Of a stretch of DNA of 64,000 nucleotides, positions 1 through 9,316 are shown in pieces. The stretch's first letter is position 1, and each line of letters starts with the position of its first letter. This DNA is from Nitrospiria bacterium (lineage in GTDB: Bacteria; Nitrospirota; Nitrospiria; SBBL01; JAADHI01): NCBI GenBank assembly GCA_945787655.1, contig CALZIJ010000008.1, positions 26,644 to 90,643 on the forward strand, written 5' to 3'. Under the pieces are notes generated by a model. The model had not been told where the DNA came from, did no database searches, and saw nothing but the letters and a program-made list of their open reading frames with translations. Both the position numbers and the translations under genes were made by a program.

Positions 1-2339
1 CCATTGCCGTCGTCAACGGCCACCACACTTCCGGCAGTGATTTGCATCGAATTTCTCTGAATATCATTGGAATTGAGTGTAAAGGAAAATACGCTTTTCA
101 CTCCATCCCCCGTGCCGGCATTTTCTTTGATCACGCTTGAAATCATGGACACCGAAAGCAAACGATCTAAAGAAAGTTCACCATCAATACCGATCATTTC
201 AGTTTCAATGATGCCATTGCCTGCGCTGTTCACGCCACCTGCTATCCAGATTCTATTGTCATTAAACGCATTAATTCCGGAAAAAACGGGAGGAACCGCA
301 TCTGATGTCGGCATCGTAAAGGTATTATCAGCAGAGCTTGTACTGTTCCCTGAAGCATCCTCGCTAATCACCCGGAAATTATAGGCCGTGCTGCCAGTCA
401 GGCCCGTAAGGGTCACGCTGTGGCTGGTTTTAAAGTCACTGTTTAAGGGGGAAGACAGTCCGTAACTAGGACTTGTTCCGTATTCAACTAAAGAGGTGGC
501 CGGTTCATCTGTGGTCCAGGTGATGACTGCTGTTGTGGTATTGACCAACCGGCTTGAAATAAGTGAAACGGCCGGTGCAGCCGCATCAACAGAGGCATCC
601 GTCGTAAAATTAAAATTCTCGGAAAAGGAGACATTTCCCGAAGGGTCAGTACTGAATACCCGGTAATTGTAGGTGGTGTCCAGCGTCAGTCCCCCCAGAA
701 TCACACTGTGGCTGGTTACCGGAGTACTGTTCACCTTGGAAACACTCCCGTAACTTGAGGTCAATCCATATTCCACAAAAGAGGTGGCCGGTTCATCACT
801 GGTCCAGATAATCGTCGCATTGGTACTCCCCGGAGAACCGCTAACACCGACACCGGATAACACAGGAGAACTCAGGTCAGATGTATTGAAGGTAAAATCA
901 CCGGAAAGATCGGCGTTGCCTGATGCATCCACACTTCTAACCTGATAATGGTATGTCGTCGAGGGATTTAAGCCGGACAAACGCACAATGTGCCGCGTTA
1001 CCAAGGTGGCATCAATCACCGGTGTTTCGGCATATGCCGTTGTTTCTCCGTAATTTACTTGCGAAGTGGCCGCCTCATCCGTATCCCACACAATAATGGC
1101 TTCCGACCCTGAAAGCCCGCCATCCGTCGCCGTATGGAACTTCCTTGGGTTGATTAAACGGCCAAAGGGCTGAAAACCTGTCAAGGCAATACGAAAAAGG
1201 TCATTGCCGCGCAATGAAAAATCGTTAAAAAGAAAGGCCCCGGCCGGCTCGTCAAAGTGATACAGTCCGTGAACGGTATTTCTTGCCCCTTCAATAAAGG
1301 GAGAATCGGGAAGCAAAAGCTCTTTCGGCGGATTAAAATCGGATGCCGCATACCGCAAATCCTGGGTCACCCGAACCTCGTCCGCCATGCCGACCCACAG
1401 GTTTTTGCCATCGGGACTTCCAACGGTAAAACGGCTTATGTTTTGGGCAAGCGCCGCGGGGGGCGTCACAATGCTCGAAACCGTTCCATCCAGTGCAATA
1501 TACGCCTGGTTATTGGTCCGATCAATCAGCAGGGCAATATGGTGCCATGCGCCCAGTGTGAGCGGATTGTTTGAAGTAGCTGTCACAGGGGTGCCGGAAG
1601 AAGGATACAGGCGGCCTTTAACTAAAAAATCGGTCCCGACGACCACATCAAAAACACCCTGTTTCCCCATTAAATAAGCATCGGCTGCGGGATTTGGAAG
1701 AGATGTGATAAAAAACCACCCTTCTGCGGATAATTCCATACTTCCGCCGATTCCCATCGAAATTGCAGAACGCCCAAAATGCTTGCCATCCATAATAAAC
1801 TTATTTCCGCTTCCTTCAAAAGCGCCAGGTGGACCAACGAGAACGGTTACTTCATCGGGTTCACTTGATAAGCCCTGGGCCACCGTCGGAATACTTCCGG
1901 TATCTGTGTTATCGGTATTTTGAATGTCTACTTCCGCCTCTTCAACCACAACCAGTTCAATACGATAGACCCCGTCCACATCCCCAATAAATGTTGGGGT
2001 CGGGCTTTCCGGGTCACTCAACTGGGTAGTGCTCCCTGGAGGAGAATCCAGAATACGCCACTGAAATTCAATGACATCCCCATCCGGGTCACTGCTGTTG
2101 GACCCATCCAGAGAGATCAATCCGCCGTTCCCTACATTTTGATCCGCGCCTGCATCGGCGATTGGGGGATTATTGGCCTTAAAAAGATCCTGCGGGCCGG
2201 GCTCATCATCGACACACCCTGGAAGAAAAAACAGGCCACATAACAATAAAATCCGCCCTATGCTTGCCCCATGACAATATAGTAATCCCCTAAAGGTTTT
2301 AATCGGGAATCCACTCTCTTTTTTCTGCTGCTTTTCCAC
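1..2339 (-). CDS. Giant surface lipoprotein, 3' end runs off window (PKD-like + LamG-like + at least 4 Fn3-like repeats)
   Basis: Absent from the ORF track because there is no stop inside the window. Hand translation of the minus strand is open from GTG at 2339-2337 down to base 1. The N-terminus ...GRILLLCGLFFLPGC is a signal peptide plus lipobox. It is followed by ADAGADQNV...LDGSNSSDPDGD (PKD-like) and LGAWHHIALLIDR...ADEVRV (LamG/concanavalin-like). Then come repeats of W.TDE.ATS.V.YG...TSHSV.L.GL...T.Y.YRV.S.D.SGN (Fn3-like). The start lies 7 nt after the stop of the upstream gene. Confidence 0.75.
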   Translation of the reverse strand, partial: MEKQQKKESGFPIKTFRGLLYCHGASIGRILLLCGLFFLPGCVDDEPGPQDLFKANNPPIADAGADQNVGNGGLISLDGSNSSDPDGDVIEFQWRILDSPPGSTTQLSDPESPTPTFIGDVDGVYRIELVVVEEAEVDIQNTDNTDTGSIPTVAQGLSSEPDEVTVLVGPPGAFEGSGNKFIMDGKHFGRSAISMGIGGSMELSAEGWFFITSLPNPAADAYLMGKQGVFDVVVGTDFLVKGRLYPSSGTPVTATSNNPLTLGAWHHIALLIDRTNNQAYIALDGTVSSIVTPPAALAQNISRFTVGSPDGKNLWVGMADEVRVTQDLRYAASDFNPPKELLLPDSPFIEGARNTVHGLYHFDEPAGAFLFNDFSLRGNDLFRIALTGFQPFGRLINPRKFHTATDGGLSGSEAIIVWDTDEAATSQVNYGETTAYAETPVIDATLVTRHIVRLSGLNPSTTYHYQVRSVDASGNADLSGDFTFNTSDLSSPVLSGVGVSGSPGSTNATIIWTSDEPATSFVEYGLTSSYGSVSKVNSTPVTSHSVILGGLTLDTTYNYRVFSTDPSGNVSFSENFNFTTDASVDAAAPAVSLISSRLVNTTTAVITWTTDEPATSLVEYGTSPSYGLSSPLNSDFKTSHSVTLTGLTGSTAYNFRVISEDASGNSTSSADNTFTMPTSDAVPPVFSGINAFNDNRIWIAGGVNSAGNGIIETEMIGIDGELSLDRLLSVSMISSVIKENAGTGDGVKSVFSFTLNSNDIQRNSMQITAGSVVAVDDGN

Positions 2340-2346
2340 TGACCTC

Positions 2347-5151
2347 CTATGGTGTAAATTGTGAAGCGGTTGTACTAATACTTGATATTTTTTCCGCCAA
2401 TTCCTTTCGGTTAAAACCATGAAAAGAAATCCCCTGCGCCTGAAAAGACGCCACTTCCCAAACAACCTCGGTTCCTGCAGAAAAAGGGTTCATTAAAACA
2501 TTCACCTCGCTTGGAAAAGGAGGCAGCTTAATTTCCTGAAGCGTACCCGGCACCCAGGCCTGCCAGAGAAGCATCCCGCCGGGACTCTTTACTCGGACCT
2601 GGTAGAGGTCCGCGGAACCCGCCCCCGCCCCTGGCACCCAGGAAAAAATCGGCTCCAGACCGACTGCCGTGGCACCGGACCCCGGACTCAGTAATACTGG
2701 CGGCTCTAAAAGGGACACATCCATTACCGATGGAATCTCTGGAAGACCCTGTATTAATGAATAACTGCTTTTACCGTCTGATGTGGATGCGGAAACCCCT
2801 AGAAAATAACTTTCAATTCCTTCAGATTCCGAAGAACGGATGCGATATTGAGATGCAGCCTCCCCTTTCAAAACACCGGTGTCCATTCCAGTGAAGACCC
2901 GGCCCTGTGGAACGATTGCGCCAATTGCTGTGACCCTAAGATCGCTGACCTGAAAACCCGAAGGCAGTGTAATCGCCCCGATCGTTTCCTTAAATTCAGG
3001 GCTTTGATCAAAAAAGAAATCAAAGGGCAGCCGCCCGGAAGGACCCAGCGGCCCCAGTCCCGATGAAAAAGTGAGATTATAAGACGCATCGGATTCCCCA
3101 ACGCGAAAAGCCGTGAACCCCAAGCGACGTTTTGATGCGCCAAAGCTGAGTCTGTAATCCCCGCCCCCTGTCGATTTTCCCATTCGAATGATATATTCCC
3201 CTTCAGTAAAAGGGGTAATCCCAACATCACCTGCTGTGTCGGATACACAATCGGCCGTACACTCCAGAGTATCCGCTCCGGAAAGTTCTAATGTCACTTC
3301 AGCAATTCCTGATCCATCAAAACCCTTCACAGAAAGCGGCGACGCAATAGACGCTGTCCCTCTTTTGATCAGCTCGACCAAGCGAACGCTATTGGCATAT
3401 ACGGGGATTGTCTGCCGGTCTATAAGGCCCCCGCCGCTGTCCCGAGCTGAGATTGTGTACATGTCCGATCCCGGAAATGCGGGAAGATCCAGTACAACGA
3501 ACCCACCGGATGCATCCGTCACACACACCCCTTCTCCAAAACGGCAAAGCAGGTTTCCCCCAATGTCTATTGCATAGGCCTTTCCTGCATCATTCCCGGA
3601 TTCATCAGTGACTCTGAGTTCGACATTGGCAGTGGCTTTGAGGTGTGGGTCTCCATTTTCATCCAGTGTCCCCGTCTTTTCGGAAATACGACCCAGAAAC
3701 TCGCCGTTGTTAGGCAAAAAACCCAAACGGATGGGCACATTACCGTCTTCATCCGTTCGCTCAGGGTCAGGAATCGCAGCCTGAATCACCATATTGGTTA
3801 AGGTATTCAGACGAACCACAGTCAAGGGGTAGTTTGATTTTGAACGATCTGAGAAAGAAACTTCCTGAAATGTCGCACGAAACCCGCTACCAGCGGAAAG
3901 AAATGCAACATAACGGCTATTGGGAAGGCGTCCCGAGGCGAAATAGTTCCCTGCGGTAACGACACCCTGATTCGCGACAAAAGACTCCTCAAAGGTATCC
4001 CCGGAAAAGTTGATCAAAGCACGTGCGACGCCGGTGTTCCCACTGCTCAAAGGCCCTAATAACTCTTCCTCCCGATAATCCGGACGAAACGCCACAACCC
4101 GCCCGTTAATACTCACAGTGCTGGACAGCGGTAAGACCAACAGATTAAGAATCGCGGTGCCTTCTGAGGGGAGCCGGAGAAAGTTTTGCCCCGCCCCGAT
4201 TCCTCTGCTGGCAGAATAAATCACCAAATCATTATTGGGCTGCAATTTCAGGAGCAGGAAGTACCCGTTTGAAGTGGTCGCATTCAAGTCAGGATCCAAT
4301 TCTAGAGGCGGATCCTCAGGTCCGGCAGGAGTCACCGTCTTAAAATAATAGGGTCGCCCTGCACTCGTCCCATTAAAATATTCAGCGAATACTTCCACTC
4401 CGGGCTGCGGCGTATTCTCTGAATTCACCACTTTCCCGAATACTGCAATTTGTCTGAAATTTTGCTGAACACCAGCAGCCTCCGCCCAGTTGTCCAAATC
4501 CTTGGCATAAATAAAGGTCAGGTCTTTCGGCGAGGACGAGTTAAAATCAATCCGTTGGTGAGTCAGGGAACGTGTCGGCCCAATTACACTAAAACCACCC
4601 AAGGCATCGATGACCGCATGAAACCCGGTTTCATCTTTTTCGGTATTAAATATCTTCCCTTCCAGCCTGCCGCTTGAAAGGGTCGTATCTCTGGGGACCA
4701 TGGGGATTGCTACGCGAGAAGCATTCACTTGATAAAAAGAAGTATTCTGATACAACAAGGGCAGCTGTGCATCCTCGCACCCCACACAGGCATACACATG
4801 AATGTCCTGCGGCCCGCTGACATCATCAAAGGTCGCTATCCCTTCAAAGGTGGTCGTTTCAGAACGGCCTTCCGTCCCTCCCAAAAAAACCTGGGCATTG
4901 GGAATAGGTCTCCGGACAGTATCGTCAAAAACCTGAACAACCAGTCTTCCTGAAATCGGTCCGCCGGCTGTTCCTCCATCTTTTGAAACCAGGGCCGGAG
5001 TAATATTGTGCTGTTCCGTGTTGCTGCAGGAAACCACTGAAAACAAGGCTCCTGCGAGGATACACAAAAACCAATAAGGCGAGACCATACCTTTACTCTT
5101 GGAAGACGCTTCGGTATTCACAATATATCTTTTTATTTCTGCTTTATTCAT
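2347..5151 (-). CDS. Large putative lipoprotein (934 aa), beta-sandwich-rich, function unknown
   Basis: Long ORF in the track. The N-terminus ...WFLCILAGALFSVVSC is a lipobox-like signal. Repeated segments such as GRLVVQVFDD...AQVFLGG resemble carboxypeptidase-regulatory-like folds. The ATG lies 5 nt after the stop of the TPR-barrel gene. Confidence 0.7.
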   Translation of the reverse strand: MNKAEIKRYIVNTEASSKSKGMVSPYWFLCILAGALFSVVSCSNTEQHNITPALVSKDGGTAGGPISGRLVVQVFDDTVRRPIPNAQVFLGGTEGRSETTTFEGIATFDDVSGPQDIHVYACVGCEDAQLPLLYQNTSFYQVNASRVAIPMVPRDTTLSSGRLEGKIFNTEKDETGFHAVIDALGGFSVIGPTRSLTHQRIDFNSSSPKDLTFIYAKDLDNWAEAAGVQQNFRQIAVFGKVVNSENTPQPGVEVFAEYFNGTSAGRPYYFKTVTPAGPEDPPLELDPDLNATTSNGYFLLLKLQPNNDLVIYSASRGIGAGQNFLRLPSEGTAILNLLVLPLSSTVSINGRVVAFRPDYREEELLGPLSSGNTGVARALINFSGDTFEESFVANQGVVTAGNYFASGRLPNSRYVAFLSAGSGFRATFQEVSFSDRSKSNYPLTVVRLNTLTNMVIQAAIPDPERTDEDGNVPIRLGFLPNNGEFLGRISEKTGTLDENGDPHLKATANVELRVTDESGNDAGKAYAIDIGGNLLCRFGEGVCVTDASGGFVVLDLPAFPGSDMYTISARDSGGGLIDRQTIPVYANSVRLVELIKRGTASIASPLSVKGFDGSGIAEVTLELSGADTLECTADCVSDTAGDVGITPFTEGEYIIRMGKSTGGGDYRLSFGASKRRLGFTAFRVGESDASYNLTFSSGLGPLGPSGRLPFDFFFDQSPEFKETIGAITLPSGFQVSDLRVTAIGAIVPQGRVFTGMDTGVLKGEAASQYRIRSSESEGIESYFLGVSASTSDGKSSYSLIQGLPEIPSVMDVSLLEPPVLLSPGSGATAVGLEPIFSWVPGAGAGSADLYQVRVKSPGGMLLWQAWVPGTLQEIKLPPFPSEVNVLMNPFSAGTEVVWEVASFQAQGISFHGFNRKELAEKISSISTTASQFTP

Positions 5152-5156
5152 AATCG

Positions 5157-8100
5157 TTAAAAGACCAGGCGGAGCCCGACAGTACCGATGATCTTCTCGT
5201 ATTTTCCCAGGGAACTGGTATTTCCCGACACCACGGCATTCTCCGTATCGGGTGGCACACTGCCCAGATTAGATTGATTCAATACCCAGGCCCCGTTCAC
5301 AAAAATCTGAATTCCTCTTTCCAGTCCAATGGTCAAGCCAAGACGGACGGAGTGACTTTCTCCAATCCGTTTTTTATTAAAACCTTCTTCCTGATAAATA
5401 TATGCTTTATATGAAAACTCGTATGAACTGTTGAATTGAATGCCGCGGAACAAGGCCCTGTCATAGATAATTGATGGCGCCGCGGAGACAAACGAAAATT
5501 TCTTCCCTTCGGGATTGAGGTTTAAATTGGCCGAAGTTCGTGTGCCCAGCGTTAAACGGCCGCCGGCCCACCCGTTAATAAAAAAGGATCCCGAAGCTGA
5601 CGGTTGGTACGCATCCAGATCGCTATTGTTAATCGAATCAAAAAGGCTGAACCGGACATCTCCCGCCACACTGAATCGATCCCCAAGGCTTTGAAATCCG
5701 GTCACCGCCAAGGAATGCCCCTGGCTTGAAAAAGCCCCTTCAAACAGGCTGAACAAGTATTCATATTCGACCGTCTTTCTTTTTTGATAGCCTCTCCACT
5801 CATGAAAAATCCGGTTTGAAGTGCTAAAAAAAGAAACTTGATCTTTAATATAACTTGATAAACTGGGTGAAATACGAAGCCCCAGACGTTTCCCTTCCCC
5901 CATATCATATATCCGCTGATATTGCCCCAAGAGACTCGAAAGAATATCACTGGATGGATCTTTGCTTAAAGTGACATTATTATCCACGGTGCTTTGATAA
6001 GTGACCGAAACATTGACAAAAAGGTGCCGTATCCGTTCTTCAATTTCTTCTCTAACCGCGTCCGGTAGGTCCGGGTCCTTTAAAACAACCTTGTAATGTT
6101 CGAGGGCATTTTTAACCTGCCCCACTTCTTCATACAAACTGGCCAGGCGGATACGTTTAGGACGGTCATCCGGCGACAGTTCAACGGCTTTTTTAAAGTG
6201 ACTCAGCGCTTGATTGGCATCTTTTAAGCGCAAGGCAATAAAACCTAAATTAAAGTATGCCATGGGTTCTTCGGGATCGAGAAAAAGGATCGTCTCAAAA
6301 TGAGCCTGGGCCTTTTCAATCTGGTCTTCCTGCCCTAAAACCACCCCTCTGAGCAAATGGTAACGAATCTGTGAAAATCGTGCTGTTTTTCCATGGACAA
6401 GCCACATCAGCGCGGCATAGTCGTTAACAGAATCCTTTTCCTCTCGTCCCATTTCCACCTGCTCCAACAGCACTTGCTCTATGATTTTATTGTTTTCTCC
6501 GGCCCGTTGCATTAAACCCGAAAATAGGGTTTTGGCCTCGTCTATTTTTTCATCCTGAGTATCTAGGATAAAACCTGTTTCGGACAACCCGGTAAAACTG
6601 GACAGATAATGGTCCGCCAAGATCGTATCACGCACCATGTTTAAGATTCTAGCAATCTGAATTCTGATAAGAATCAGATAGGTATTTTTATCTTTGGGAT
6701 CCAAAGCGACTACTTTTTCAAAAGCAGATGCAGCAGATTCCATCTCATTTATTTCGCGATAAAACACGCCCAGGTTATAAAAGTTCACGGGGTTATTCGG
6801 TTGGATTTCAAGAGCGGCCTTAAACCATTTTTCAGCCTCCTCAAATTTTGTCAAACCCATGGCAACCTTGGCATTGACTGAATAGAGACTGACCAGGGCA
6901 TTTTTCCCATCCGGACTATCTGCATTAACCTCCACCGCTTTTTCATAAAAAATAACCGCTTTTTCCAAATCCCCACTTTGCTCAGACATGCTCCCAAGAT
7001 GAATATAGGCTTTCTGATGACGCGGGTTCTCCGAAATGGTTTGCCGAAACGCCTTTTCGGCTTTCTGAAGGTCGCTTAACTCAAGATGGATCTTTCCGAT
7101 ATTAAAATAGATCGCGGCTTTCTCCCTTGAGAAGGTCAATGCTTTTTCAAAAATAGCCAACGCTTCTTTGATCCGGCCCTGAAGCGCGAGAGCACTTCCT
7201 TGAAGAAGAGGCAATTTTTGGTTCGCGCTGATCCCACCCGGCGTTCTGGGGTTAATTTCAACCGCCCGAATAAAAACCTGCAAGGCCTCATCCAGACGGC
7301 CTTGATTTTCGTACAGATTCCCCAAATTTAGATAAGCATCCTGGTGTCTGGGGTCCAATGAAACCACTTTCAAAAAAGCCTGTTCCGCATCCTGGAGCTG
7401 TTTTTTAATCGAATAAATTAAACCGATATTGTAATAAAGGGCAGCCTGTTCCCCCGAAAAAGAAAGGGCCCGCAAAAACAGAGTCAGGGCTTCATCCAAT
7501 CGCCCCTGGCGTGCGAGCAGGCGCCCCTGAAAAACAGGTATTTTGCTTCGAGCAATTTGGGCTCCCCGGCTCCTTGTATCAATTTCAAGGACTTTAAAAA
7601 AGACGTTAAGTGCCTCATCGATCCTGTTTTTCCGTTCGTAAAGAATACCTAAGCGGACGTAGGCTTCTTGGTGATTCGGGTGTATACGAATTACTTTCTT
7701 AAAGGCCGCTTCCGCCTGTTTATCATCTTCAAGTTGAAGATAAACCAGGCCAATATTATATTGCACCCCAGGATCATTTGGAGAAATCTGTTCTGCTGTC
7801 TTAAAAAATTTTAGCGCTTCTTCAAAATTTTGCGAACGCGCCTGCATAATCCCGTTAATCATATTGACTTTAAATTGGCTGATCGTTTTAATTTCATCTG
7901 CCGGATTTTGTTTTATCACTTGATCATATAGGGCTAAGGCCTCAGGCAGCTTTTGCGTGGCTTCATAAAGATCCGCCAAACGAAGATAAGCCTCAATCGC
8001 CGAAGGCGCCAGCCGGATCGTTTCTTTAAACGCCGCCTCCGCTTTTTCAATATCTCTTTTCTGCATATATCCAATACCCAGTTGAAGATGGATCTCGGCC

Positions 8101-8288
8101 TTATCCGGGAATTTTAATCGCATTGATTCAAAATGGGTGATAGAATCATCCCATTTCCCTTCTTTTATCAACCTGTTTCCTTCTTCCATCTGACTTGAAA
8201 ATACAGAATCAGAAAGTGTTTGAGCTGATGCAATCCCCGACAAAATGAGTATTACGATAACTGCCTGTGCACTGCATCGTTTTAACAT
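5157..8288 (-). CDS. Giant TPR-repeat protein fused to a C-terminal ~290-aa outer-membrane beta-barrel-like domain
   Basis: The track ORF is 5157..8330. I prefer the ATG at 8288 (MLKRCSAQAVIVILILSGIASAQ is a signal peptide), 5 nt after the stop of the upstream gene. About 750 aa carry TPR-type A..F......P....A...LG repeats. The tail has alternating-hydrophobic strands and ends ...GTVGLRLVF (terminal Phe, as in OMPs). Confidence 0.75.
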   Translation of the reverse strand: MLKRCSAQAVIVILILSGIASAQTLSDSVFSSQMEEGNRLIKEGKWDDSITHFESMRLKFPDKAEIHLQLGIGYMQKRDIEKAEAAFKETIRLAPSAIEAYLRLADLYEATQKLPEALALYDQVIKQNPADEIKTISQFKVNMINGIMQARSQNFEEALKFFKTAEQISPNDPGVQYNIGLVYLQLEDDKQAEAAFKKVIRIHPNHQEAYVRLGILYERKNRIDEALNVFFKVLEIDTRSRGAQIARSKIPVFQGRLLARQGRLDEALTLFLRALSFSGEQAALYYNIGLIYSIKKQLQDAEQAFLKVVSLDPRHQDAYLNLGNLYENQGRLDEALQVFIRAVEINPRTPGGISANQKLPLLQGSALALQGRIKEALAIFEKALTFSREKAAIYFNIGKIHLELSDLQKAEKAFRQTISENPRHQKAYIHLGSMSEQSGDLEKAVIFYEKAVEVNADSPDGKNALVSLYSVNAKVAMGLTKFEEAEKWFKAALEIQPNNPVNFYNLGVFYREINEMESAASAFEKVVALDPKDKNTYLILIRIQIARILNMVRDTILADHYLSSFTGLSETGFILDTQDEKIDEAKTLFSGLMQRAGENNKIIEQVLLEQVEMGREEKDSVNDYAALMWLVHGKTARFSQIRYHLLRGVVLGQEDQIEKAQAHFETILFLDPEEPMAYFNLGFIALRLKDANQALSHFKKAVELSPDDRPKRIRLASLYEEVGQVKNALEHYKVVLKDPDLPDAVREEIEERIRHLFVNVSVTYQSTVDNNVTLSKDPSSDILSSLLGQYQRIYDMGEGKRLGLRISPSLSSYIKDQVSFFSTSNRIFHEWRGYQKRKTVEYEYLFSLFEGAFSSQGHSLAVTGFQSLGDRFSVAGDVRFSLFDSINNSDLDAYQPSASGSFFINGWAGGRLTLGTRTSANLNLNPEGKKFSFVSAAPSIIYDRALFRGIQFNSSYEFSYKAYIYQEEGFNKKRIGESHSVRLGLTIGLERGIQIFVNGAWVLNQSNLGSVPPDTENAVVSGNTSSLGKYEKIIGTVGLRLVF

Positions 8289-8293
8289 CGAAT

Positions 8294-9118
8294 TCAAAAG
8301 AAAAACCGTATGGACCCTGTGATTTCCCATCCGCTTAAATCAATCACCAATGGCCGAGCCACATTATTTTCATCCCGATAAAAAACAGGACTCCCTTCCT
8401 CGGGAATAGAGCGATTCGCTCCAATCGCATCATCCACGGCATCCCGCTCTAAGAATGTATGACGAAAGGATTTATAAAATAATTGCCGGGTCTTACCCTT
8501 TCGATAAATAACATCTGCCCCAAGGGCAACCCACTTTCTCAGGAAGTATTCCCCTCCCAACCCCCATTCCAACATGTATCCACCCTTGCTTTCTGCGCGC
8601 GATAGAATGTTCCTCAAAAATTGTTGGTTCCCGTTATCAAATACATAATTGTAATCCTCACGATAAGTCACCTTGATCAAACTAAATAATCCAATATCAA
8701 TGTAGACCCGGTATTTTTTGGGTTCATCCAAAAAATGATATCTTCCGTGCAGCGCATATTCATTAAAAGAAACACGGGTGGTTCTTTTTGCCGTAAAGGG
8801 AATCATTCCAAAATCCTGAAACAACATCTCGCTTTCTTCAAACGCGGTAGATCGCCCTTCCCAAAACGAGCTTTTTATCAATAAAGAAAACCTGGGACGG
8901 ATACGCCATTCCACGCTCACCCCATGTAAAGGCCCACCGAGAATTCCAGGACTGCCTCCCACCCTGGGCGGCGTAAAAGTGGTTTGCTGCAGTTGCCCCT
9001 CGTTCAATAACTTTAATCTGGCCTGGCTGTAACCGGTGAATACCTGAACATTCCATTCGGCGAATGCTTCCGGGGGCGGCACCAAGATCCATATTAGATA
9101 CAAAATGAAAAAAGGCAC
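8294..9118 (-). CDS. Putative outer-membrane beta-barrel protein (274 aa)
   Basis: GTG start. The signal-like N-terminus ends ...PEAFA/EW. The sequence has alternating amphipathic strands rich in Y/G/R and a C-terminus ...GSIRFFF typical of BAM substrates. Confidence 0.6.
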   Translation of the reverse strand: MPFFILYLIWILVPPPEAFAEWNVQVFTGYSQARLKLLNEGQLQQTTFTPPRVGGSPGILGGPLHGVSVEWRIRPRFSLLIKSSFWEGRSTAFEESEMLFQDFGMIPFTAKRTTRVSFNEYALHGRYHFLDEPKKYRVYIDIGLFSLIKVTYREDYNYVFDNGNQQFLRNILSRAESKGGYMLEWGLGGEYFLRKWVALGADVIYRKGKTRQLFYKSFRHTFLERDAVDDAIGANRSIPEEGSPVFYRDENNVARPLVIDLSGWEITGSIRFFF

Positions 9119-9316
9119 TTAGTTCCTGCCCAGCAACAAACGATTATTTACAATATTACTTAATATTTTATCAACAAAGTATACCATATTCCCCAAATCC
9201 TGCTGAATTGATCCCCCAACAAAAACATAATAAAATATTTACTTTCAATTACTTATGAACATAAAAGCCTTGTTTACATTTTTATTTACATCAAGCACCC
9301 GAATTCTCCTGCCTTT

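Noticed and set aside
67-2243. Five plus-strand ORFs of 72-107 aa listed in the track (67..384, 1257..1574, 1387..1677, 1705..1923, 1920..2243).
   Set aside because: They lie antisense to one continuous minus-strand reading frame (2339 to 1) that has clear domain content. They have low-complexity, Arg/Pro-rich shadow-ORF composition and no RBS.
8289-8330. Gene overlaps implied by longest-ORF calls (8294-8330, 17270-17343, 57473-57524, 20364-20494).
   Set aside because: In each case an internal start gives a proper signal peptide, lipobox or RBS and removes the overlap. I treated these as start-site over-extension and not as real overlapping genes.
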